Positions 1 through 10,426 of a stretch of 64,000 nt of DNA are shown one piece after another; position 1 is the stretch's first letter, and each line of letters opens with the position of its first letter. Source of the DNA: a candidate division WOR-3 bacterium. GTDB taxonomy: Bacteria; Hydrothermota; 32-111. The stretch spans positions 288,001 to 352,000 of the forward strand of contig JBBFKX010000002.1 of assembly GCA_037481815.1 (NCBI GenBank), read 5' to 3'. Made by a program: the position numbers and the translations under genes. The notes under the pieces are model-generated. The model worked only from the letters and a program-made list of their open reading frames with translations, ran no database searches and was not told where the DNA came from.

Positions 1-2909
1 ATATAAAAACTTTTTATACCATCTCCTCCAACTGTTGGATATGATAGATAAAGTACTGATGTGTCACCTGTAAAAGCAACGGTTGCCAGAACCATGGATG
101 AAGCCGGAAGAGAATCAGGAAGATAGAGAGTATTTTCTCCATAGCCATTTACAAGATTCGAATGATCAAAAATCAACATTCTTCTTTCTGTATCGATAAT
201 AACACTTTCAAGAAAACCATCCTTTAGATTTGAATCTGAATGTATGATAACAAGAGTATCTTTTGGTGCTATCTGATACGATGAGAGTGAGCATGTTTTT
301 TCTGAGATATCAGGTATTTTTAGATCCAAAAGGTTCACTCCCAATAAACCATAATTTTTGATCTCATAAACATTGGGATCATCTAAATTTGAACTCCCAA
401 AAGCACTGCTGTTGATGAAAAAGTTAAGTTCACCATAAAGTATTATATCCCCTATATTTTTTATTCCATTGAAAGCGATCTGCCTGAAATTTGATTCTCC
501 TAAACTATTATTAAGATTATCGGTACTTGCGGTTGCAGATCCATAATATGCTATCGAACCACCAAACGGAGAAAGAACAAACGCTTCGCCTATCGATTGC
601 TGATCCCTAAATAGTTCATCATAATAACCTGTATCACATGAATAAACTTTCACAAACGGTAATCTGTTGATGTTGTTCATTCTCAAAACATCGGTTAACC
701 TTATATAAACTCCACTACCTATAGATTGGGCAGCACCGTGAGCATATATGTTCAAAATAGATGCCCCATAGTTCAACTGGTCTATAAAATCACCGTTGTT
801 GTCATAAAGATTGGCCACAAAATCGACTCCAATATAATCTGGCATCATCGATGCAAGTTTTAGCGACTGGTATTTTGCATCAACATAGGATGGAAGTCCA
901 GTGCCTGGAGGTGTTGTATCGTATGCGAATATAAATTTTAGATTGAATATTCCGGAATTTTTCCAATCAAGATAATGTTTCACTTTTTGTATTGCAACAT
1001 CAATTTCACTCTCATTTCTCACGGGAAACCTTGAAATCGATATATCCTCAACAGGATCATCTCCAACTATTGTTGCATAATAATTATCGGATGCTATGAG
1101 AGCCCTTGAATACGCTGAATTTTCATAATAGTATGGTGCAGGTATACTGTAATCAAAAATTTTTAAATGGTTATTGTTGTCATAAGATCCATCACCCAAA
1201 AGGAGAACATGTGTCGGTGGAACACTCCAGTTGTTATATGCTGAGATCAAAAAATCTTTGATAGGTTTAACACCTCTCATTCCATAGTTGAACTCATCAT
1301 AAATTTCTTCAGTCCCAACAAGAAAAACTTTATTTTTAGATGAAAAGAGATCAGCGAGTTCTTTCGCTTTTTCTTTCAGATTCTGATCAACTATGATTAC
1401 ATAATTTCCTACATTTGTCGGAGAATCAAGTTGATTGAACTTGAAGGTCTCTATGGTATCGGGCTTAAGAAAGGAGGTGTTTTGATACACAGAATAGTTA
1501 ACAGAGGAAGTAAAAATCTGATCAGTAAAATACAGGTCGTAATTTCCAAGAACTGGATCATAAACTGTTATGAAATTTGTTATATTCTTCAAATCTTTTC
1601 TATAGATTTTAATATCTGTTGATGTGAGACCTTTAATGTGAAATTTGTATGAACCAAAATTCAGATTCGAGATTTTAAAATCAAGTTTTCCATTTTTTAC
1701 AACAAGATTTTTCATATATGAATATTCAAAATAGTTTAACCCTACACCTAATGTGTCTCCACCTATAAGTTCAAATTTAATTTTAGAAGAATCTCCTGTA
1801 GCACTCAAAGAATCTTTTGAATATTTATATGGAGAAAGATCATCCCATTTTATTGTATCGATCAGAGAATCATTAATATAGAAACCTAAAACATGATCTG
1901 GATTCAAAAGAAGATTATAGGAAAATCCATGAAAATATGCAGAAAAATTGAAATTCTGATAAAGAGTATCAAAATCGTCTAAACTTATATATTTTTCATA
2001 AGGAACTGTTTCGTTTATTGAGTACATGAACCAGAGATCAGATGTATCTATTGTAGTTCTTCCACCAAGTGGTTGATAAAATGAATCATTTTCAATATGT
2101 ACTTCACAAAGATATGAACCAATAGTAGAATCTATCAAAGAATCATCGATAACCTGATTATCTATAACATACCTTATACCATTTCCTCCACCAGCAACTA
2201 TTACATAAACATTTTGAAGTTGGTATTTATCAAAATAAGTGTTTTCTCCTTTTTTTCTTTCACCATAAAATTCAAAATAATCTCCTGCTCCAAAAACATT
2301 ATCACCTGTACCATACATATTTATTGGAACTTGCACATTTTTGTTGTAAACCTTTATTGTTTTGGGATCATAAATTGAAAGATCTATTCCGGTTCTACTC
2401 TTAATATCATCATAGTATATTCTGTATAATCCGCTCTCCCCGATTTTCATCTTTGCAAGAGGTGTTCCATCATAATCTAAAGATTTAACCTGTTTTGTTA
2501 TCCTCGGTTTTATATAATTTTTTAAATCTTTACCATTAACAGCTATCGTTCTTAAAAATTTTTCAGTTTTCTCATCCGGATGGATAACCTTTCCAATATT
2601 TTTTGTTTTTTTAAAATTAATTGTAACCGTGTATTTTTCTTTATACGGTTTTAAGGGAAGTATTTGAAAATCTTTAAAAAAGAAAGGTTTTCCCAAAACA
2701 ATATCTTTTAAACTTGAGGGATATAAATTTACAGAAAAATCAACAGGTGGAAGTATCAGAACTTTTGTAGAATCATTTTCTTTGGGGAGATAATTAACAG
2801 TTATACTTTCTTCTGAAGAATTATAACTGAATGAAGGAAATGAAAGAGAAAAATTCAAGATGATAGATAAAAAAATGACTATTTTAAATTGTAAAATTTT
2901 TCTTTCCAT
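1..2909 (-). CDS. C25-family (gingipain/PorU-like) cysteine peptidase, truncated at the window edge; missing from the ORF track
   Basis: Segments translated by hand from ATG 2909 (MERKILQFKIVIFLSII...). PorU-like N-region KIGESGLYRIYYDDI...DPKTIKVY...GDYFEFYG, then PTHVLLLGDGSYD (same frame), catalytic NIYAHG and KVYSCDTG, and SIGEAFVLSPFGGSIAY. Confidence 0.85.
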   Translation of the reverse strand, partial: MERKILQFKIVIFLSIILNFSLSFPSFSYNSSEESITVNYLPKENDSTKVLILPPVDFSVNLYPSSLKDIVLGKPFFFKDFQILPLKPYKEKYTVTINFKKTKNIGKVIHPDEKTEKFLRTIAVNGKDLKNYIKPRITKQVKSLDYDGTPLAKMKIGESGLYRIYYDDIKSRTGIDLSIYDPKTIKVYNKNVQVPINMYGTGDNVFGAGDYFEFYGERKKGENTYFDKYQLQNVYVIVAGGGNGIRYVIDNQVIDDSLIDSTIGSYLCEVHIENDSFYQPLGGRTTIDTSDLWFMYSINETVPYEKYISLDDFDTLYQNFNFSAYFHGFSYNLLLNPDHVLGFYINDSLIDTIKWDDLSPYKYSKDSLSATGDSSKIKFELIGGDTLGVGLNYFEYSYMKNLVVKNGKLDFKISNLNFGSYKFHIKGLTSTDIKIYRKDLKNITNFITVYDPVLGNYDLYFTDQIFTSSVNYSVYQNTSFLKPDTIETFKFNQLDSPTNVGNYVIIVDQNLKEKAKELADLFSSKNKVFLVGTEEIYDEFNYGMRGVKPIKDFLISAYNNWSVPPTHVLLLGDGSYDNNNHLKIFDYSIPAPYYYENSAYSRALIASDNYYATIVGDDPVEDISISRFPVRNESEIDVAIQKVKHYLDWKNSGIFNLKFIFAYDTTPPGTGLPSYVDAKYQSLKLASMMPDYIGVDFVANLYDNNGDFIDQLNYGASILNIYAHGAAQSIGSGVYIRLTDVLRMNNINRLPFVKVYSCDTGYYDELFRDQQSIGEAFVLSPFGGSIAYYGSATASTDNLNNSLGESNFRQIAFNGIKNIGDIILYGELNFFINSSAFGSSNLDDPNVYEIKNYGLLGVNLLDLKIPDISEKTCSLSSYQIAPKDTLVIIHSDSNLKDGFLESVIIDTERRMLIFDHSNLVNGYGENTLYLPDSLPASSMVLATVAFTGDTSVLYLSYPTVGGDGIKSFY

Positions 2910-4294
2910 CTTTTTTCACCTTTTTCAACGATCAGAAAATAAATCCCTGTTTTAAACTTTGAATGATCTAAAGTAAATTTATCTGAGACAGATGAATAAC
3001 TACTCACTATTTTACCAGAAACATCATAAATAGAGATTCGGTAATTTCCCTGATTTATAAAATCAAAAATCATTTTTGTTTTTTCTTTGCTCAACTTGTA
3101 TGGTTTTTTATAATCTTCAGTTATAGTGTACTTTTTAGAATCTGTGTAATATATCCAGTAAATATTGTTTGGCCAGAAAGATGATTCTGGAGTTTTATCA
3201 TTAAGTATATAAACAAGATGTATATTTTCATTTTTATCTAAAATACATTGAGGTGTAACAATATATGAAGTATCATGATGTGCGATAAGTTTTATACTGT
3301 CAACAACTTCGTTTGATATGTCATAAACCAGCTCATACAACTCCCCATAATAGTAGTTATCTGAAACATAAAACAAGTGAATTTTGTTGTCCAAAATAAG
3401 ACCGGTCGGATAATAAATATTTGAATTATCATCTGACAAAAGTTTTGGAGTTGTCCAGATACCATTTGAATATTTTGAAATATAAAGTTGACTAAGTCCA
3501 TTTAACAAAATTGTAAACACTGCAAATTCATTTTGTCCATCAGAAATAATATTGGGATAGTATATATCAGAAGTTAAACTGATAATTGAAATTTCATTCT
3601 GCCAGATATTGTTTGTTCTTCTTTTGTTAAAAAGATTTTGATATCCATTGTTATCTTTGGTATATATAACTGAAACATCTTCATTTGGATAAACATAAAA
3701 ATCATAATTAAGACAACTTTCACGTGAATTTGTTATATTTGTTGGATTATGTATAATAGAATCAAAATAACCATAATATATGTCGAAAACACCTGTTGAA
3801 TCATCACAATATATAAAATGGTGCTTTTTGTTTCTGTAAAAGGATTTAGGATACCATGAGTTTGAACTTGTATTTGTTACCTGAAAAATGGACGAGAGTA
3901 AAACACCATCAAAATATCTGCCAAATATATTAAAATTACCATCCTGTCTGCTTTCCCAGAGAAACAAAAATCTTCCATCCTCATCAACAGAAAGTGTTGG
4001 CATCCATGACAGAAGATAGTATCCTGTTCCACTTTCAGGCTTATCATAAACTATGCCATCATATAGCCATTCATTTCCATCATATTTATACTTTCTGATA
4101 CAAAAATAAACATCTTTTGATGTATCATACCACCCAAGGTGAAGATTTCCCAGTGTATCTTTTACAAAAAGATGAGAAGCGTTCGGTTGAAAATAAGCAA
4201 GACCATACTCCCAAATTTTAAAAGGGGTACTCCATTGAGAAAAAATAAAAGTGAATGTTAAAAATGGAAATAGAAAAAGAAAATATTTTTTCAT
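2879..4294 (-). CDS. Secreted beta-propeller-like protein with T9SS type A-like CTD
   Basis: Signal peptide; repeated HLxY/W...YP blades; C-terminal ISIYDVSGKIV...KTGIYFLIV...KEKF. Confidence 0.7.
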   Translation of the reverse strand: MKKYFLFLFPFLTFTFIFSQWSTPFKIWEYGLAYFQPNASHLFVKDTLGNLHLGWYDTSKDVYFCIRKYKYDGNEWLYDGIVYDKPESGTGYYLLSWMPTLSVDEDGRFLFLWESRQDGNFNIFGRYFDGVLLSSIFQVTNTSSNSWYPKSFYRNKKHHFIYCDDSTGVFDIYYGYFDSIIHNPTNITNSRESCLNYDFYVYPNEDVSVIYTKDNNGYQNLFNKRRTNNIWQNEISIISLTSDIYYPNIISDGQNEFAVFTILLNGLSQLYISKYSNGIWTTPKLLSDDNSNIYYPTGLILDNKIHLFYVSDNYYYGELYELVYDISNEVVDSIKLIAHHDTSYIVTPQCILDKNENIHLVYILNDKTPESSFWPNNIYWIYYTDSKKYTITEDYKKPYKLSKEKTKMIFDFINQGNYRISIYDVSGKIVSSYSSVSDKFTLDHSKFKTGIYFLIVEKGEKRWKEKFYNLK

Positions 4295-4300
4295 AAGTAT

Positions 4301-4329
4301 ATTTTAATTGTTAACCAATTTATTGTCAA
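4301..4329 (-). promoter_or_regulatory. Sigma70-type promoter, probably leaderless
   Basis: TTGACA-N17-TAAAAT, then 6 nt to ATG 4294; no SD. Confidence 0.7.
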
Positions 4330-4341
4330 TAGTTTTGGATT

Positions 4342-5439
4342 TTACAACTTTTGTATAAAATCTTTAATAAAAAGTTCTGAAAGTTTGTTTGTTTTATCCC
4401 AATCAAAATTTTTTGCCCACTTCTTAGCATCATTTTCCATCTGCTTAAGTTTTTCCCGATTTTTTAAAAGATACAAAATTTTTTCTGCAAGTTGATCTAT
4501 GTTTCCATATTCATAAAGTAAACCTGAAAATCCGTCTTTAACAGAATCTTTAAGACCCAAAACGTTTGATGAAATAACAGGAGTTCCGAGTGCATTTGCT
4601 TCAATATTAACTATCCCCCATCCCTCAATAAAGGATGGGTATACAGATATCCAACTTTCCTGTAAAATTTTTATCTTTTCATGTTCCGAAACATAACCTG
4701 TAAAAACGACATCTTCTATATTCAACCTTTTAACCAATTTTTTTAACTCATTTTCATAATCTCCCATCCCAACAATGTATAAAACACATTCTTTACATTG
4801 GTCTTTAACCTTTTTAAAAGCCATTATAAGATGGTGAACAGATTTATATTTTTTTAACCTTCCAACATAACATATCTGAGGGTTTTCCTTTTTTTGATAG
4901 TTATAACTAAAAAATCTTTTATCTATCCCACATTCTATAACTTTTATCCTTTTCTCATCTATGCCTCTTTTTAAAAGATCTTGTTTCGTTGAGTTTGAAA
5001 TAACCTCAAAATAGGAGTTTTTATAGATCATTTTCAATGGTTTTTCAAAAAGATACACGTATGTTCCAAAAACAAAATTCGTCTGTTTAAAAATCGTTTT
5101 TCCAAAAATATGAGGTACAACCACAAAAACCGGAATCCTTACGAACAAAGGAGTAAAAAATGGGACCTTATTTATATCCTCTATAATAAGATCTATTTTT
5201 TTTTGCTTAACTAAATCTTTGATTTTAAAAGCAACAAAATAGTTGAACAGTAATTCATTTCCAGTATGTATATAAGAAACATTGTTGATAACCTCATCTT
5301 TTGCACCTTTATAGCCAGACGTTAAAAAGAATACATTATGTTTTTTAGCAAGATGCTCTGCAATTTTGGTAATATGAATTTCAGCACCCCCGTATAAGGG
5401 GTTTTTTAAATCTCTCCAATTGATTATCAAAATATTCAT
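4342..5439 (-). CDS. Glycosyltransferase family 4 (GT-B)
   Basis: N-terminal NWRD..P..GGAE; YVGRLKKYK; PSFIEGWGIVNIEANALGTPVI. Confidence 0.92.
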   Translation of the reverse strand: MNILIINWRDLKNPLYGGAEIHITKIAEHLAKKHNVFFLTSGYKGAKDEVINNVSYIHTGNELLFNYFVAFKIKDLVKQKKIDLIIEDINKVPFFTPLFVRIPVFVVVPHIFGKTIFKQTNFVFGTYVYLFEKPLKMIYKNSYFEVISNSTKQDLLKRGIDEKRIKVIECGIDKRFFSYNYQKKENPQICYVGRLKKYKSVHHLIMAFKKVKDQCKECVLYIVGMGDYENELKKLVKRLNIEDVVFTGYVSEHEKIKILQESWISVYPSFIEGWGIVNIEANALGTPVISSNVLGLKDSVKDGFSGLLYEYGNIDQLAEKILYLLKNREKLKQMENDAKKWAKNFDWDKTNKLSELFIKDFIQKL

Positions 5440-6494
5440 TCTATTTTTTCAACTCCCAAAAGGTTGTAATCTTTATCATATACAAAATTTTTCGTCATAA
5501 TTTTAAACAAAGGATACCCGTTATACTTCATAGAAGGTGGCATTTTTTCTTTTAAGAGAGGATCTGATGAAAAATATTCGATTCTGTCATATGTAAAGTT
5601 ACTATTTCTTTTGATTATTCTTACAGCAAAATTTGAATCCGTTTCAAGAGGTTTTAAAAGTGTATCAAGATAAATTTTTTTAAATTCATATCCAATATCA
5701 TCATAGAAAATTAATTCGTAAAATTTTTGTAGACAACCTTTAGAATCTTTTTTTATTTTTAAACTCTTAACACCTTGAAAATTCCCATCTTCAATCTTTT
5801 CAGTATTCAAGACAATGTACTCTTCTCTGTTAAAAAATTTCAAGGAATCAACAATATTTTCGTTATTTTCATTTCTAACAATCTCTTCAAAACCAAGAGC
5901 ATCAGATGATAAAAATAGTTTTCCATCTTCACCAACACTATAAAATTTGACTTCCCACCTACTTGAATTTTTATCTTTAATAATAGTAGAGAGTTTTATA
6001 ACAACAGAATCAATCGATGGAACTTTTTCACCTTTATCATCTTCAAAATAAGAAAAAACCTTTTCACAACATTGTTTTTTTCTTTCAAAAGTTATAAAGA
6101 TCATTTTTTCAACATAATTAAATGCTTTAACACTTTCATTTTTTCTATCAAAAAATTTATAAATCATCTTTTCAGCAAAAAAACTATCATCTTCAATCTT
6201 CAAAAATGTATCAACATAAGAAATCTCCATTCTTGAAAAGTTAGATTTCCACCCAAAAACATCCTTTTCAACAGGTTTACCTTTATAACATATTTCTATT
6301 GAAATTGGCCTTTTTTTATTATCGTAATATATTCTATAACCCTCTATCTTTTCAAACTCTGATTTTGTAATCTTTTCTCTACCATAAATTCTCCCTATAA
6401 GATCAAAGTCCAAAAATCTGTAAAATTTTTCAGATGATAACAAGATTTGATAAAATACACAAAAAATTAAAAATAGAGCAAAAAATTTTTTCAT
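5436..6494 (-). CDS. Hypothetical exported protein
   Basis: 352-aa ORF with signal peptide; 4-nt overlap with the GT4 gene. Confidence 0.7.
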   Translation of the reverse strand: MKKFFALFLIFCVFYQILLSSEKFYRFLDFDLIGRIYGREKITKSEFEKIEGYRIYYDNKKRPISIEICYKGKPVEKDVFGWKSNFSRMEISYVDTFLKIEDDSFFAEKMIYKFFDRKNESVKAFNYVEKMIFITFERKKQCCEKVFSYFEDDKGEKVPSIDSVVIKLSTIIKDKNSSRWEVKFYSVGEDGKLFLSSDALGFEEIVRNENNENIVDSLKFFNREEYIVLNTEKIEDGNFQGVKSLKIKKDSKGCLQKFYELIFYDDIGYEFKKIYLDTLLKPLETDSNFAVRIIKRNSNFTYDRIEYFSSDPLLKEKMPPSMKYNGYPLFKIMTKNFVYDKDYNLLGVEKIE

Positions 6495-6566
6495 ATATCC
6501 CCTTTCATTTTGAAATATTCTATTAACTTTTTTAAAAAAAACAAGAAAAAATTATATTTTTAATAA

Positions 6567-6594
6567 TTGACATTTTTTTTGGTATATATAAAAT
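6567..6594 (+). promoter_or_regulatory. Sigma70-type promoter for the TPR-pyr operon
   Basis: TTGACA-N16-TAAAAT; SD AAGGAGG before ATG 6626. Confidence 0.6.
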
Positions 6595-6625
6595 AGATAA
6601 ATATGGGAATTTGGAAGGAGGATAA

Positions 6626-9600
6626 ATGTTAGATCTTTTCTCTTCAGGTGATCCCACAAAAATAATTGAAAGAAGCAGTAAACTGAGAATAGAAGGTAAA
6701 CATGATAAAGCGGAACAACTTTTAAAAAAGAGCATTAAAAATTCAAAATCAGATTTTATAATCCTGCTTGAACTTGCAAAAACACAATTTGAAATGGGGA
6801 AAATATCCGAATCTGTAAATACGTTGAGAAGTTCTTATTATCTTTCACCTGAAGAGATAAACAAAATTATAAATGTTGGAGAGGATCTCCATTACAGGGC
6901 AACATCACAAAAAGATCAAACAGCAGCTGTTCTTATAGAAATGTATATAAAAAAAAGGGATTTCGAATCTTTCAGAAAAATTTTTGACACACTTTCTGGT
7001 GATGAGATAAAAAATCTGATCAGCTATTTTGAAAAATTATATCTTAATGTAAAAAATACAAAAACTGTTGATCAGTTCAACAAAAAGGATATAGAGATAT
7101 GTTTATCAATGGGTATTTTATATCTTTATAACAAAAATTTCAAAGAAGCAAAACCTATACTTGAAATGATTTTCAGAACACAGGTTAAGGACAGGGATCA
7201 TATTCTCTCAGAGTATATAAGTGTCGCAAAAACAACCTATGGAAGCCCTGAACCTTATATTGCGATCGGAGATCTGTATATTTTGATAAACGATAAAGAT
7301 AAAGCGATAAACTACTTTCAGAAAGCTTCTTCGATTGATCCCAAATTAAAAACAGATATTTCAAACAAAATAGAGGAACATATCACTGATACAAAAGAGA
7401 TCTCAGAAACAAGTAAATATTCAATAGTTGATCTTGCGATAGAAAAAAAGGATTATAAAAAAGCACTCGATATAATCCATGAAATGATAAAAGATAAAAA
7501 TGAAGTAACAGAAGAGATAGTCAGGAGAACATACCAGATAATACAGGGTGCTCCAGAATTTGTCGAAGGTTATAAACTCTTGGTTGAAATTTTCCTTCTA
7601 AAAAAAGAAATATCAAAAATATTCACTAATCTTGAAAAAATTTATGAGTTAAAAAAAGAAGAAAAAGATTTTATTCTCAATACGATAGATCGAATAGAGA
7701 AAGAAAACATGTCAAACGAAGAAATACTTTTACTTAAAGCAATCATATTTTTCGATAACAACGAATTTAACGAATCAGCAAAAATAATCAAAAAGGTGTA
7801 TTTTGAAAACAATTCCTATACTTTCGATGTGGAAAAACTCGCGAATAAAATTCTTGATAAAGATCAAAAAAATATCGATGCATTGGAAACAATCTGCCAA
7901 ATTTTTCTTGATAAGAATGAGGTTGACAAACTCAAAAAGATATGTGAGTACCTTATTTCACTAAACAATGAAGAATACATATCTATCGCAAAAAAATATC
8001 TACAAATAATTTACGAAAAAAATCCATCAGATGTTGATATAAAATTAAACCTGAGTATCGCTCTTATAAAATTGGGGAAAATCAAAGAATCAGAAGTGAT
8101 GATAACTGAAACTTTAAAATCGAACCCAGAAACTTTTTATGTAATCATACCACAGTTCTACAATTCAGCAAAAAATGATAAAGATGTCGCAACAATAGTT
8201 TTGAAGATCCTAAAAAGCATCGATAGAAAAAAACTCGATCCATTTTTATACGATTTTTCTCTCTGTGAAATGTCATATCTCGCTTCGGATCTTGAATTCT
8301 CTCTTGGAATGTTAAAAGAAATGTTTGAAAAATTTCCCGAAAAAGAAGATGATCTTCTTGAACTTCTTGGAAGGATTAAAGATTTTTATCCAGAAAACGA
8401 ACTCGTTGCTGATTTTGAATTCAAACTCTTCACAGACAAAAAAGATTACAGGAAAGCTTATGAATCTCTTATAAAACTTAGAAAAGACAAAACAAAATTA
8501 GGACATATTCTTGACAATCTTTACATTCTGAACAAAAATCATCCCGAAAACGTTTCCATAGTTGAAAGTATAATGGAAATTCTTGATGAAATGGGATTTT
8601 ACGAAAAGATCATAAAAGAAGCCGATATCCTTTCTTCAATACTTGATCAACAAAAGATTGGCAAAATAAAATTTTTCCTCGGAAAAGCGTATGCAAACAA
8701 AGGAATGGTAAACGATGCAGCAACAGTTCTTTATCAGGCAATTATCCTCGACAAAACCTTAACAGAAAATACACTCACAATATTAAAAGATCTCTTGAAG
8801 TATGATCCATTTTCACTCAGAGTTCACTACACACTCTCTCTGGCATACTATCTGAATAAAAATATTGATTCAGCAATAGATGAACTACTTGAAATAGTTA
8901 AGATCGATCCCAATCAGATAAACATCGCAATTTCGGAATTGGAGAAGTGGAATGAGAACATTATAAATAATCCGAAATTAAATTTTTCATTGGGAACTCT
9001 ATATTTTGAAACAGCACAATACGAAAAAGGTATTTCAAAAATGTATGAAACTTTTGAAATCGACAGTTCATACCTGGATTCGATTATAAACTTAATGTCA
9101 AATTATATTGAAAAGGAATCTGAAAATGGAGAAATTCTTTATGCGACCGGAGTTTTTTATGCCAAAAAGGGTCTTTATAAACTCGCTTCCGATTATCTGT
9201 ACAATGCAATGTCGATAGAGACAGGTTTAAAGGAAAAGGTGATATCACAACTACTCTTTATAATAAATCAGCAACCCGATGAAGTAGATCCCAGATTTTC
9301 TCTTGCTCAGGTCTATAAAGATATGCATAACTATATGCAGGCGATTACCCTTTTAAGACAGATAGAACTTATAAATCCATCTGAAACAGAAAATGTAATA
9401 AGCTATTATAAAGAAATGCTTGTTAATGAACCTAACAATACTTTTCTTTTAATATCACTCGCCGATTCTTATCTAAAGTTGAACAGGACAACAGAGGCTG
9501 TCGAACTTTATTCAAAGATAATAAAAATAAATAAAAAATATATTGATGAAATTATTGATAGAATAATAGAAATTGAAAATAAAAATTTTGAAATACAATT

Positions 9601-10414
9601 ATTTCTTGTTGATCTTTACTTCGAAAAGGATGATTTTGAAAATGCATCAAACTGGTTAAATTTCCTTTATCTTACATCTGAATCTGAAGATTACGATCGT
9701 ATAATCGAAAAAGCAAATCTTATTCTAAGTAAAGATCCAAAAAATCAAAAAATGATATCCCTTCTTTCCCATCTATATTATGATCTGAACAAATTTGATA
9801 AACTTATAGAATTAACGATGGAAATTTATGAGAAAACAACAAAGAATGAAGAAAAGATTAGATATGGAATTCTGCTCGCTCAGGCGTTTAGATTTTTAGG
9901 AAATCAAGAAAAGAAAAATGAAATAATTTCTTTTTTAAAAAATTTGAACATCGACCTGTACTATGAGATAATTCTCCAGATATATGAAGAGGAGAAAAGT
10001 AAAAAAGGATCAAAAATTGAAAAATTGTTCCAAAAGGAAAAATTTGATGATGAGAAACTGATAATAGAATATGCTTTCAATTTATATAAACAACAAAGAT
10101 ATTATGAATCTATAAATGTACTCAACAGAAAGTTTACGGATAAAAATCTTGATTACGAAAGAATTTATATACTTTCTCTTAATTATGAAAAAATTGGAAA
10201 TATAACCTATGCTTTAGAAATAGGGTCAAAACTCAGAGATTCTTCAGAAACAAAACATTTAAACCATTTAATAAATTTGATGAAAAAACTTGGATACTAC
10301 GGCGAAATAGAAGGTATGCTGAGAAATAAAAAAACAGACATTGGATTCTCTTCAGAGTTAACTAAAACAAAATATTATAAAAATCTGTTTTCTGATTACA
10401 GGATTATAATTTAA
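6626..10414 (+). CDS. Large cytoplasmic tetratricopeptide repeat protein
   Basis: 1262 aa, all helical, TPR patterns such as PYIAIGDLYILINDKDKAINYFQKASSIDP; no signal peptide. Confidence 0.85.
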   Translation: MLDLFSSGDPTKIIERSSKLRIEGKHDKAEQLLKKSIKNSKSDFIILLELAKTQFEMGKISESVNTLRSSYYLSPEEINKIINVGEDLHYRATSQKDQTAAVLIEMYIKKRDFESFRKIFDTLSGDEIKNLISYFEKLYLNVKNTKTVDQFNKKDIEICLSMGILYLYNKNFKEAKPILEMIFRTQVKDRDHILSEYISVAKTTYGSPEPYIAIGDLYILINDKDKAINYFQKASSIDPKLKTDISNKIEEHITDTKEISETSKYSIVDLAIEKKDYKKALDIIHEMIKDKNEVTEEIVRRTYQIIQGAPEFVEGYKLLVEIFLLKKEISKIFTNLEKIYELKKEEKDFILNTIDRIEKENMSNEEILLLKAIIFFDNNEFNESAKIIKKVYFENNSYTFDVEKLANKILDKDQKNIDALETICQIFLDKNEVDKLKKICEYLISLNNEEYISIAKKYLQIIYEKNPSDVDIKLNLSIALIKLGKIKESEVMITETLKSNPETFYVIIPQFYNSAKNDKDVATIVLKILKSIDRKKLDPFLYDFSLCEMSYLASDLEFSLGMLKEMFEKFPEKEDDLLELLGRIKDFYPENELVADFEFKLFTDKKDYRKAYESLIKLRKDKTKLGHILDNLYILNKNHPENVSIVESIMEILDEMGFYEKIIKEADILSSILDQQKIGKIKFFLGKAYANKGMVNDAATVLYQAIILDKTLTENTLTILKDLLKYDPFSLRVHYTLSLAYYLNKNIDSAIDELLEIVKIDPNQINIAISELEKWNENIINNPKLNFSLGTLYFETAQYEKGISKMYETFEIDSSYLDSIINLMSNYIEKESENGEILYATGVFYAKKGLYKLASDYLYNAMSIETGLKEKVISQLLFIINQQPDEVDPRFSLAQVYKDMHNYMQAITLLRQIELINPSETENVISYYKEMLVNEPNNTFLLISLADSYLKLNRTTEAVELYSKIIKINKKYIDEIIDRIIEIENKNFEIQLFLVDLYFEKDDFENASNWLNFLYLTSESEDYDRIIEKANLILSKDPKNQKMISLLSHLYYDLNKFDKLIELTMEIYEKTTKNEEKIRYGILLAQAFRFLGNQEKKNEIISFLKNLNIDLYYEIILQIYEEEKSKKGSKIEKLFQKEKFDDEKLIIEYAFNLYKQQRYYESINVLNRKFTDKNLDYERIYILSLNYEKIGNITYALEIGSKLRDSSETKHLNHLINLMKKLGYYGEIEGMLRNKKTDIGFSSELTKTKYYKNLFSDYRIII

Positions 10415-10426
10415 AAAGGAGTATAT

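Noticed and set aside
1431..1622. 63-aa plus-strand ORF
   Set aside because: Antisense shadow of the C25 peptidase
6531..6580. Poly-A/T tracts as phase-variation sites
   Set aside because: Runs of 7-9 nt are common throughout this AT-rich window and no frameshifted gene was seen
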